The notes beneath the pieces were generated by a model. It made no database searches, had not been told where the DNA came from, and was given only the letters and a program-made list of their open reading frames with translations. A stretch of DNA of 63,993 nt, counting the filler, from Basidiobolus ranarum (Eukaryota): assembly GCA_040143965.1 (NCBI GenBank). It is 5 parts of 5 records of this genome, joined end to end, with 100 filler letters (N's around TTAATTAATTAA, not from the genome) between each part and the next. Parts side by side here need not be neighbours in the genome. Positions count along the whole stretch, not along the records: positions 25,755 to 38,516 come from JASJQH010007398.1; 4 more parts are not named here. One strand, given 5' to 3'. This document shows, one piece after another, positions 25,755 through 35,938 of this stretch (the first letter of the stretch is position 1; the number at the start of each line of letters is the position of its first letter). Position numbers and translations under genes: made by a program.

Positions 25755-27385
25755 TCCCCAACCAAAATGGAAATTTGTGAGGGTTGTATGTATGAAAAAC
25801 AAGCCAGGCAACCATTCAAGAGCTCTGGTTTAATCAAATCTGTCATAAAATTGGATCTAATTCATTCAGATTTGTTTGGACCTATGCAAAATTTATCTTT
25901 AGGTGGAAAAAGATATTTAATCACATTTATTGATGATTATACAAGATACACTTGGGTCTACTTTACGGGAAGAAAAGAAGTAGCTCTGTCTATCTTTAGA
26001 GATTTTAAAACGCTTATGCAGACTGAAACTAGAACTAAAATCAAGAAAATACATACTGATAATGGTGGAGAATATACTTCAACACTATTTAAGCACTTTT
26101 GCAAAGTTCATGGAATTAAGCAAGAAACTACTGCCCCCTATTCACCTCAACAAAATGGAGTTGCTGAAAGAGCTAACAGGACTAAAAAAGAAATGGCAAG
26201 ATCTATGATAAATGCACAAAATTTATCTCATAACTTTTGGGTGGAATCTGTTGCTTCAGCTATGTATCTGAAGAATAGGAGTTTTACTAGTAGTCTGTCT
26301 AACTCTACACCATATCAAGCTTGGTTTGGAGTTAAACCTGATGTAAAACATTTGAGGATCTTTGGATGCATTGCTTATGTCAAAATTATGACCAAAAATT
26401 GGTCTAAATTTGATCCAAAAAGTTTGAAATGCATATTTCCTGGTTATTTTACTCAAACTAAGGCCTACGGACTCTATGATACCAAGATTTCCAAGTTGAG
26501 CAAGTCCAGGGATGTTTTGTTTAATCAAAATTAAAAATATTCACCCAAAATGACCTCAGACAATGACAAAAATCAAGTTTCTGCTGATCCCATCATTCAA
26601 ATTGATTCAAACTAAGACAATGAGGAAAATAGCATTCCTGTGGACCCTTCAACCAAAATGTTGCCTACTGAAGTGCCCAATACAATGCCAGAAGTTGTAG
26701 TACCTTTATCCCAAACCAGGAGATCAAATTGGATCAGAAATAGCCCTGATTACTATATCAATGAGTCCCAAAATTGGGCCTATGCCTGCACAGCTCAAAT
26801 ACATGAACCCCAGACTGTAAAAGAGGCCCTGAATGGCCCTCACATGAAATTTTGGAGATCTGCAATGGCTGATGAGTACCAGGCTTTGATTGATAATCAA
26901 ACTTGGATTTTAACCAACTTACCTGATGATAGAAAATCAATTGGCTGCCAATGGGTGTTTAAAGTTAAATACAACTCTGATGGCAATATAGAAAGGTACA
27001 AGGCTAGACTAGTAGCCAAAGGCAATTCCTACACACCAGGAATAGATTACACAGAAACTTTTGCTCCTGTAGCAAAGTTAAATTCAATTAGATTGATTTC
27101 AGCAATTTCAGCTGAATATCAGTTTATTACACATCAAATGGGTGTTAAAACAGCTTTTTTGAATGGTGAGCCTGCTAAGAAGATCTATATGGACCAGCCA
27201 GATGGATTTGTGGACCCAGAAAACCCTAAACAAGTTTGCAGACCCCAGAAAACACTCTATGGCTTAAAACAATCTCCTAGAGTGTGGAATAGCAAGATGG
27301 ATGCTTTTTTAGAAACACTCAAATTCCAAAAGAGTAATGCTGACTATAGTATCAACTTCAGGCCAGATAAGACAAACCCCACGTT
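25755..27385 (+). mobile_element. Ty1/copia LTR retrotransposon pol fragment (integrase plus 5' RT), inactivated
   Basis: CEGC..KQ, LIHSDLFGP, FIDDYTR, TDNGGEY, PQQNGVAERANR, then RT motifs WVFKVK, YKARLVAKG, ETFAPVA, HQMGVKTAFLNG, LYGLKQSPRVW, in copia order. In-frame TAA stops at 26532 and ~26613; sequence ends before YVDD. Confidence 0.96.
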
Positions 27386-30300
27386 TCTCCACGGATGTCA
27401 ATTCCAAGAGAGATTTCTGTTGGTTTAGTAACTCAAAAGTGATCGGCCCAAGTTTCTCAAGACGTGCATTGATTTCTTTTACACGCAAGAGTGTTTCTTT
27501 GGGAATAATCTTATAGATGTCTGAATTCAAAACCACCTGCTGAATATTTACAATCCCTTCAGTCAACTCTCTGAGCTCTCCTAATCTCTTAGCTAACTCA
27601 GTATCTCTCGCCTGGTCGTTTTGGTTAGCCGCCTTGGTTTCATGAAGTAATACATTCTGAATTTCTACGATGCGAATAATATCGTTTTTGAATTGGGTCA
27701 GCTTTGATTTAATTAACCGAATATCTCCCGTTTGTTCCTTAAGAATGCTCATTACTTCGTCCCGTTGTAACAATTTGCTTTGCTCGACAGCCATTTGCTT
27801 TATCCACCCGGCCATTTGGGCGAATTGTTGACGTAGCTGAGCAAATCGTCCTTCCATTTTCTGATAGTTACCACCCTCTCCAAGTAGCTTGACGATTGTT
27901 GTCTGTTCCTCACGGACACTTCTGATCACCATTCCAACCTGAGCCATACGATCATTTAGGTTTGAAATTATTTTGGACACTTCCTCTCCCACTCTAGCAG
28001 CTATTTCAGGTCCTAAAAGACTCCTCTGAGATTCAATTAATTTTCTCATAACTTCGCGCAGAGAACCAAGCTCAACAGCAATTGCCCGATCACGCTTAGA
28101 GTCTTCAGAAGATGCTTGTCCAATCTGCTTAATGATCAGTCCTTGCTCGTTAATCATCTTGTCAAATTGATTGCCCAATTCACTTAGTTTCACCCCAAGG
28201 CCAGCAATGCGATGATTCTGATCTCTTAGAAAAGCAGTTATTTCGCGGGTATTCAGAACTTTTGTCTGTTCAGCAAAGGTCTGTTTGATAAAATCGAAAA
28301 GTCCCAGTAAACGTTTGTTTACCTCACTAACTTGCCCCTCTAGTTGATGCCCTGTAGCGTTGCTATCGCGAGATAATTCAACGAGTGTATTTTGCTTGGA
28401 GGTAAGTTGATTTACGATTTCGACTAGCTGAGAATATTTCTCATTCAGCAAAGCCAACCGGCGAAGAATCGGCTCAGGAACTCTACCAGTTGATGAAATG
28501 GATAGCAATTTCTTTTGCTGTTCAATTAGTTGGCTAATTAAACTTTGAAGTCCACTTAAACGTTGAAGAATATTGGTTGTTTCTTTAGAGTCAGTCGTAC
28601 GATCAGCACTGATTCTCTTGAGTAAATCGAATTGAATTCGTACTAGATTCTGAATCTTTTGGTCAAGATTTCTCACTTCCCTGGTCAACAAATCAGTTTT
28701 GATCAAGTTTTGCTCGAGTAGCTTTGAGTTGTTCAGTAGGACAGTCTTTTGTTCTAAAAAGAGCTCTTTTACGTAAGCACCAAGCTGTTCTAATCTTGCG
28801 TCCAAACTTCCGACTCTATCAACAATTAAACTAGTATCTTTGCTGGATTGGACAAATAGCTCTTTCTGTAATCCGAGTACTTGATCTACATCCTTATTTA
28901 AGCCAAGGAGTTTACCATTGAGTTGGGCGATCTCTGCTGGGATTTTCTGCCTCAAAGCTTCATCGAATTTTTGAGATAGAACACTCGTTTGTTGGCTGGT
29001 CAATTGATAAATCGTTTTGCGTAACTCGGCCAGATTTTGGACGATTCTTGCAAATTTTTCATTGTCCATTTGCCCATCTTTGGATATTATAGCAACTAAC
29101 TTCTGTTGCTGTTCTACTAAGTATGCTACTTTGTTATCCAAATTCCCTAATTCAGATTTGATATATTTAAGATCCTGAGCTTGTTCAGGAGTTAGTCCTC
29201 CTCGTTTGATGATGCTTAGTTGGAATTGAGCGATTTTCTCAACCAGTTGGCTTAGGCCCGAGAGGTTCTTTTTCACTTGACCAATGTCTTCAATAATATA
29301 CTTCGTATCTCCATTTTGTTGTTGGATAAGATAGTTCTGTCGATCAGAGATTTGTACTACCACTTTGCTTAATCCCATAAACTGACTGCGTAAAGCATTG
29401 ATATCGTTAAGTAGCTCTTTGGGCACCTTATTCCATCCACCTTGGAGCAAAACGTTTTGTTGAACTAGTACTTTGCGAATACTTTCACTCACTAATGAAA
29501 GCACCTTTCTCAGTTGGTTCAATTCTTCATTTTGTCCACGTTCATTACCTAGTACAGCCTTTTGCTGATTGAGAAGTTGAACAATTTGATTGCTGATCTC
29601 GGCTAACTCCAAGGAGAGGCTCTTAATATTCCCATTTTGCTGCTTAAACAAATTGACTACTTCTTCGCGCGTAATCAAATGCTTTTGGGTTTCTGCTACC
29701 ATGGTTACTAGATTGTAGAGCTTGTTAAACTGTTCACCAAAGACACGAAGCTCTTCGCCATGCTCTTTGAGCATAGAATTGTCCTCTTGAGTATAAGCTA
29801 ACAGCTTATTTTGTTGTTCAAGGAGACCGCGAACAAATTTCATCAACTGATTCATGCCTCCATCAAGTTTGGAGAGCTCTTGAAGTACTTCTTTCGATTT
29901 AATAGTGTTACCCTCAGAAATAAAATAAACAAGCTTGCGTTGCTCATTAACCATAACCTCAATTGTTTTTCTTAGTTCTGACAGTTTGTCGTCGGTAATT
30001 CCAAAAATCTTCTCGATATCATTACCATATTTTCCCAGAAGTTGTTTTTGTTGATATGCCAGCTGATTGATATCTTTTCCGAGAGTGTTCAATCTCTGGT
30101 TGACGACTCTAAAGTTCTTGTTTTGCGATTGTGAGAGTTGAGTAATTTGCTTTAGCAGTATATTTTGCTTTTCGGCAACTCCATTGATCACCGAACTAAG
30201 TCGATTTATCTTTGCATTGATTTGTTGTGTGTTTTGAGCAATGAACTTAGTGGACCCCTCGACCTGAGAGAGTGAAGATTTGACTTCATTCAACACAATT

Positions 30301-33300
30301 CTTGTTGCTTCTGTCAACATATAAATCTTGCGACTCATCTCGCGAACTTCTCCAATACCTCTAATGGAGGAGCTAGATTGGAGATAGCGGAGGAGTTCCT
30401 TTTGTCCGTTGAACATTTTTTCAATATCTTCATAGACTTTAGAAAGTCTTCCGGCGGTTCCTTTGACGTACTCAAGGGTCTCTTGATCAACGGCCAGATC
30501 GTTCTTTTCCAGAGCAACGAGATCATGGAGAAGCTTCCTAAGAGTGCCCATCTGACCATTGATTTTTTTAATGTCAGCTCCTTCTTCCCGAATCACTGGA
30601 ACAAGATCCAGAAGTCGAATTGTATAGTCTTGCTGAGTATTCAGAATCCTAATAATTTCATCTAGCTTACCGAGCCTATTGACGAGACCTCTCAAATCCC
30701 CCTTGGCGTTTCCGCTCCCTGGTTTGAAGTTACCCAAAAGGCGAACTTGATCTTCAGCCAATTTTTGAACTAGGTATGTTAGTTGCTCTACTCTTTGGGC
30801 TAGACGTCCCTCATTCTGAAGAATTTTTTGTGAGGTTTCTTCTTTACCCACTACCTCTAGTACTCTCTCTTGTCCAGAGAATAACTGTTCAATTGCTTGT
30901 CTAACTAGGTTGAGTTGCTTACCAAGAGTATTCAGATCTCCTAGCGAAGAATTTTCAGCATTTTTAAGGGAGCTTTCCTGAAGTTCAATCATTCGCGATG
31001 TTGTTTCTTTCAAAGCGATCAGCTGGCCATTTAGTTTTCTAATATCCTTGGAGTAATCAGGTACCTTGAACCCTCCACTGAATAGACGTTTTTGCTGCTC
31101 TAAAACCAGAGTCATGATACTGCCTAACCTGGTGATTTTACCATTAATCTGGTCAATATTTTCAGACTGGCCATTCTCATTATTTAGGATCTGTTGTTGT
31201 TCTGCGGCAACCTTCTCGATGACTTGATAGATCTTAGTTGTCAATTCTTCTAGTACATCTATCTCCTTTTGAATTTTGTCCGAGAATTTTCCATTCCCAC
31301 CTTCCCGAATAGTAATATTCTCCTGGTTAACAAGTCCAATAACAGAATCACGGAGTTGACTGAGAATGCCGCGAAGATCGTTGTATTTTTCACTCTGGTC
31401 ATTGCTGAGGCGATCAAATATGCTCTCTTGCTGTTTGATAATCACACTCACTCTTTCACCAAGTTTTCCAAGTCGACTGTTCAATCCACTGAATTTACCA
31501 TTAAGTGAATTGAAATCAATATTTACCGCTTTGCCATCAATCAAAGATCTTTGTTGTTTAGCAATTAGCTCTACAATCTCAACCAGTCGATTTACTTGAG
31601 AACTGAGGAAACCAATCGCCTTATTGGAGCCATCACCGTCTGAGTCCTGATGATTCTTACCATATCGATTAACCAATTCAACTTGGACTTTTGTTAATCG
31701 ATCTATGATGCTACTAATATCGGCAAGTCGATAATTAATACTTCCGATATCTTTGGCCAATTCCTTAGGAGTGGAGGGGTTGCGGTATTGCTCAATTAAT
31801 GTTTTCTGGGAACTTACGAGATTCTGAACAACGGTTCGGAGATTTTCTACTGAAATTACGACCTGTCTTTCGTCTACATTAATAGAGTTATACCCTGGTT
31901 TGGATCCTTTGAAGTTGATGAGTTTTCTCTGTTCCTCGACCAAATATTCGATTCTTTTTCCAAAATCAACCAAATTGCCATCCAATTTAGTGATTAAGCC
32001 AGATTGCTGTTGAAGCCAGAGATTTTGTTGAGTGAGCGACTGGAAAATCTTATCAACTTTAACCAGTTTATCATTAAAAGCTGTCCATTTATCATCGCCA
32101 TAGGGTGATTTGGATTTTATCAACACTGCCTGTTCTTCGAATAATCTTTCGGTTACAGATTTAAGTGCCATTATTGCTCGAGTAACACCTTTGATATCAC
32201 GAAGGAATTCATTAGGGATTTTACCAGACTGGCTTTTGTTCAAAATATTCTGTTGGCCTTGCACCAATTCTTCACATTCCTTTTGAATACGAAGTAGCAA
32301 ATTGGTTATGATGGCATATTGCGACTTTGGGTTCTTGTTGTCTGTATCTGTGTATTGAACTAGATTTATCTGCTGAGAAGCAATCTTTTGGATCAGGTCC
32401 TTTAGCGAGTTCAGTTCTGAGGTAATCACCCCCACATTCTTTCCGCTGAATTCGTGACTTTCTTTCAAGTGATATTCACTAATCAAGGAGGTTTCTTTCT
32501 GAATAAGAGAGGAAATGGAGGAGTAACTTTCCTTTAGACGTCCTCCTAGTTCTTTAATCTCTCTGTAGATACGTTCGCTATGTTCTCCTTCTGCAGTATT
32601 GCCGCTACGAACCTCGTTAGTTACAGAGTTGAGTGCCTCAGCCAGACGAGCGATCTTTTGGGAAAGATTCCCGAAATTGGTTTTTTGACTTTGAAGAACC
32701 TCAGAAATGGATTCAATCTCTTTTTTCCCGAAGGTTCGATTTTGCTCTATGCTGCTTTCCAAGAGGCTTCGAACTTGGCTTAGCTCGTTTTGTAGTCGAG
32801 TGATACTGTTGTCATTTTTGGTAATTTTTGTAATCTTACCAATGACACTATTTAATTCGCTGGTGATCGATTCTAGAGCAGATTGCAATCCACGAATACT
32901 AGTACGAACCTCGCGAAGTTCAGATTCATGCTCTATGTTGTGGTTATTTCCCCGGTTATTGTAGCCTGATTCGATTTGGAATGAACCGTCCTTTCCAAGA
33001 CGCCCCACCGCACGCAACAAATCAGTAAGTCTAGAATTGATCTCAGTTATATCCTTAGATGATTTTACGATTGCAATGTTTTGTCGCTCGGTGGTGTGCT
33101 GCTGTTCCTCAGAGATCTGAGATATTCCATGTCTGAGTTGTTCGAGTTTTTCATTCAAGGAAGTAACTTCATTTAGTGTCTTAGCACTAATGGAGTATGT
33201 TTTGGACGTTTGTCTGTCAATAACCTGGTTTTGCTTGGATATTCCGCCAACAGCCTTGATGAGTTCTTCAACTTTGATTGCCAATACGTTCAGCTCTTTA

Positions 33301-34103
33301 CCCGTTCCCTTCTCAAAATGGTAGTTAGTGTTTGGAGTGATTTTGTGCCCTGAAGCTACTTCTTGGATTAAATAATCCAGCTTCTCTTCGATTTTCGTGA
33401 GCTCTACATTGGAATACTCTCCATGATTTCGAATTGGAACTCCATCATTTCCACTATATCCGGGGAGAATTTCAAATTGTTCAATAAGTTCCCCGTCTTC
33501 CAGACTAAGATCATAGCCGCTCTCACCGTAGCCTGATCCCAAATCAACCTGAACTAATTCACTCAAGCCAAATCCATCTTCAAACTCATCTTGTACCCCT
33601 CCGAGGAATCTTAGCTGATTATCGGGGAATAATACGATTTGCTCTTCTGGTACTTCCGTTAAGAATACCTGTTCTATCACACCAACTGGCTGTGCTTCGA
33701 TCAAGCGATAGGAACCATGTTGCTGAGCGGTTTTGGAGATATCACCATGGGATTGATTTTGGTTAGTGAATCTTTGGAGTGATTGCAACAGTCCAGTTTG
33801 ACCAACATGGGCGCTACCAGATAAATGATTGATTCCTGGGATGTCGAGCTTTCCTCTACTTTTAGTATCGCTATGGCCCTTCTTGGAGTTTGCGACTTCT
33901 TGTGAATAGGTGGTTTTCTTAGTCTCCTTTTTTTTCAACGATGCGGCAGGGTTCGCAATTTTGGTACTTACTGAACTAGTGGATCCTTCACCTTGAATTG
34001 TACTACTCAAAGCGAGTTGACTGAATAAAAATAGAGCCATGCGCCAGTTTTTGCTGACATTAGAAGGCTTGAAAGAATCGCGTGCATAGGCATTGGATAG
34101 CAT
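27309..34103 (-). CDS. Giant intronless coiled-coil repeat protein (2264 aa), probably secreted; true C-terminus replaced by copia sequence
   Basis: 6.8-kb ORF with a signal-like N-terminus (KNWRMALFLFSQLALSS), an acidic Gly-rich segment, then dozens of ~40-aa heptad units ending L..QQ..LL. Clear paralogue at 35939. Confidence 0.9.
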   Translation of the reverse strand: MLSNAYARDSFKPSNVSKNWRMALFLFSQLALSSTIQGEGSTSSVSTKIANPAASLKKKETKKTTYSQEVANSKKGHSDTKSRGKLDIPGINHLSGSAHVGQTGLLQSLQRFTNQNQSHGDISKTAQQHGSYRLIEAQPVGVIEQVFLTEVPEEQIVLFPDNQLRFLGGVQDEFEDGFGLSELVQVDLGSGYGESGYDLSLEDGELIEQFEILPGYSGNDGVPIRNHGEYSNVELTKIEEKLDYLIQEVASGHKITPNTNYHFEKGTGKELNVLAIKVEELIKAVGGISKQNQVIDRQTSKTYSISAKTLNEVTSLNEKLEQLRHGISQISEEQQHTTERQNIAIVKSSKDITEINSRLTDLLRAVGRLGKDGSFQIESGYNNRGNNHNIEHESELREVRTSIRGLQSALESITSELNSVIGKITKITKNDNSITRLQNELSQVRSLLESSIEQNRTFGKKEIESISEVLQSQKTNFGNLSQKIARLAEALNSVTNEVRSGNTAEGEHSERIYREIKELGGRLKESYSSISSLIQKETSLISEYHLKESHEFSGKNVGVITSELNSLKDLIQKIASQQINLVQYTDTDNKNPKSQYAIITNLLLRIQKECEELVQGQQNILNKSQSGKIPNEFLRDIKGVTRAIMALKSVTERLFEEQAVLIKSKSPYGDDKWTAFNDKLVKVDKIFQSLTQQNLWLQQQSGLITKLDGNLVDFGKRIEYLVEEQRKLINFKGSKPGYNSINVDERQVVISVENLRTVVQNLVSSQKTLIEQYRNPSTPKELAKDIGSINYRLADISSIIDRLTKVQVELVNRYGKNHQDSDGDGSNKAIGFLSSQVNRLVEIVELIAKQQRSLIDGKAVNIDFNSLNGKFSGLNSRLGKLGERVSVIIKQQESIFDRLSNDQSEKYNDLRGILSQLRDSVIGLVNQENITIREGGNGKFSDKIQKEIDVLEELTTKIYQVIEKVAAEQQQILNNENGQSENIDQINGKITRLGSIMTLVLEQQKRLFSGGFKVPDYSKDIRKLNGQLIALKETTSRMIELQESSLKNAENSSLGDLNTLGKQLNLVRQAIEQLFSGQERVLEVVGKEETSQKILQNEGRLAQRVEQLTYLVQKLAEDQVRLLGNFKPGSGNAKGDLRGLVNRLGKLDEIIRILNTQQDYTIRLLDLVPVIREEGADIKKINGQMGTLRKLLHDLVALEKNDLAVDQETLEYVKGTAGRLSKVYEDIEKMFNGQKELLRYLQSSSSIRGIGEVREMSRKIYMLTEATRIVLNEVKSSLSQVEGSTKFIAQNTQQINAKINRLSSVINGVAEKQNILLKQITQLSQSQNKNFRVVNQRLNTLGKDINQLAYQQKQLLGKYGNDIEKIFGITDDKLSELRKTIEVMVNEQRKLVYFISEGNTIKSKEVLQELSKLDGGMNQLMKFVRGLLEQQNKLLAYTQEDNSMLKEHGEELRVFGEQFNKLYNLVTMVAETQKHLITREEVVNLFKQQNGNIKSLSLELAEISNQIVQLLNQQKAVLGNERGQNEELNQLRKVLSLVSESIRKVLVQQNVLLQGGWNKVPKELLNDINALRSQFMGLSKVVVQISDRQNYLIQQQNGDTKYIIEDIGQVKKNLSGLSQLVEKIAQFQLSIIKRGGLTPEQAQDLKYIKSELGNLDNKVAYLVEQQQKLVAIISKDGQMDNEKFARIVQNLAELRKTIYQLTSQQTSVLSQKFDEALRQKIPAEIAQLNGKLLGLNKDVDQVLGLQKELFVQSSKDTSLIVDRVGSLDARLEQLGAYVKELFLEQKTVLLNNSKLLEQNLIKTDLLTREVRNLDQKIQNLVRIQFDLLKRISADRTTDSKETTNILQRLSGLQSLISQLIEQQKKLLSISSTGRVPEPILRRLALLNEKYSQLVEIVNQLTSKQNTLVELSRDSNATGHQLEGQVSEVNKRLLGLFDFIKQTFAEQTKVLNTREITAFLRDQNHRIAGLGVKLSELGNQFDKMINEQGLIIKQIGQASSEDSKRDRAIAVELGSLREVMRKLIESQRSLLGPEIAARVGEEVSKIISNLNDRMAQVGMVIRSVREEQTTIVKLLGEGGNYQKMEGRFAQLRQQFAQMAGWIKQMAVEQSKLLQRDEVMSILKEQTGDIRLIKSKLTQFKNDIIRIVEIQNVLLHETKAANQNDQARDTELAKRLGELRELTEGIVNIQQVVLNSDIYKIIPKETLLRVKEINARLEKLGPITFELLNQQKSLLELTSVEKRGVCLIWPEVDTIVSITLLEFECF

Positions 34104-34364
34104 TGGGATAACGTGAGTTCTAGCGATGTATGTATAGGGAAAGCAAAATTGGGTCCGAAATCAATGGACAAGTAGAGTGAGAAATAATGAAAAGCAAGTG
34201 AATTTCCTAAGTAAAAGAGTTGTTCAAAGATTCCTAAATAAATGGTTTGAAATTGAAACTTTTCTATTTCTAATTTGATTTAATAGAGATTATCAATGTC
34301 AGTCTAAAGTAGATACGTTTGTTGGTGGGAAAATTGAATGTACTGGAGTTGGATTCTTTTCTGC

Positions 34365-34373
34365 TATTTATAT
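34365..34373 (-). promoter_or_regulatory. Candidate TATA box of the giant coiled-coil gene
   Basis: TATATAAATAG on the minus strand, ~260 bp upstream of the ATG at 34103. Confidence 0.45.
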
Positions 34374-35938
34374 ACCTTGAGTGAATGCTACCTCCCATCT
34401 CCTCTGTATCGGAATCAATCCCTACAAGGGTTTTGAAACATGAGTTTGTATTTCTCTCCTAATAGTACTAGAATGAAAACTACTTAAAATCAAGGTGTCC
34501 TGTGCTAACAAGTATCATCGCATATTGATGAATTATCTTCTATATGATGGATCAAGCATACCGTATATTTTCTATCGAAGAAACAGAGTCTCATGTATAG
34601 TCTAAGATCTCAAGTGCCATGTTATTTGAGGATATCTGAATACGCTCAAGAAATAGCGAGTTCAGGAATGCAGTACATTTGTTGAAGATTACATGGGATA
34701 CAGTGCCGAATCCATACTGACCAAGAGAAAACGAACTTTTCTCTTGAAATGGGGCATGTATTAGTGACTGCATGAAGCTGATATGTGCCTGATAGATTTT
34801 CCCTCATGCTAAGAAAAACATTAATTTCAGTAGCCCGGTTATCACCTCCTGTAAGTTCAAGTGCTTAGCCTGACGTTGAGTTTCAGGAATCATGAGTATT
34901 GTTTTGATGGTATGTTTAAACAGGTACATTCCAGAAACAAGGATCACTCGACCATCGAAATTTACCATTTCAAGCCTCAGGCAGTAGGCTTATCATTGTG
35001 GTTTGCCATCCAAGCTACTTGACATGTGCTGATCAATTTAAATTAACCACTTCCAAAATACCAGGCCTAGTACTCCGATGGCTCAACTTGGCCAATTTTT
35101 TGTTTCGTAATTTCTGCACTACTGTTAACATGTGTTTATATTTGCGCATTGTTATGCATGAGCCAACATCCATGGAGTATCCCAACCCATATACTTCCAC
35201 CATCTAGTGTTTCCAACTTCTTGGTGCCATTTCTAGTGTCCCTAAACTGCGCTCCTTGTTTCTTTGTGTCAATATCGCATCCTACGAGTGGCAATTGGAA
35301 TAGTAGTTACTAATCACAGCAATTTCTATGATTGCACGGGAAAGATTGTTCAAGATGTTTGAGATCAGGTTTATTGGAGTAAGAGCCAGCATTGTGGCAA
35401 TGCTAGGCGTAGTTGACTGACTCACAGCTTGTTTAGTAACATGGTTAAGTTCACGCCTATCAGTTACCTCTTCCTGATTTAAGGCCTCGGATCTCTACGC
35501 TCCTAGGGCATCGTAGGCTTAAAGATGGGTTGCCAAGCTAATTGCACTTGTGAATATATGAGCAAACCAATATTAGCAAATAGGAGAAAAACTGAGATTC
35601 TCTTATAACACTGCAAAGGAATGCCGATTCAACAGTTTCATTGATTATGGATTGTGTAACTTCGTTTCACTAACCGTTTTCATAGAGACTTTAAATAAAA
35701 GCCCTCCCAAACATAATCCAGATTGACATTTTCAATTTTGACATACATCCTATTCGTATAATTTTGTGCATCAAAAGGCTCTCTGTCCCCTCACAAAATT
35801 CTACAGTTTTGAATTCATCTCGTACTATACAGATCAATTCCAAGGAATCATTGACCATCGAAGTCAACTTGCACTATATCTTTCCTTTCGACCGTTGATT
35901 ATAGAATTTATTGCTTGTCTTAGGACAATAATCCAATC

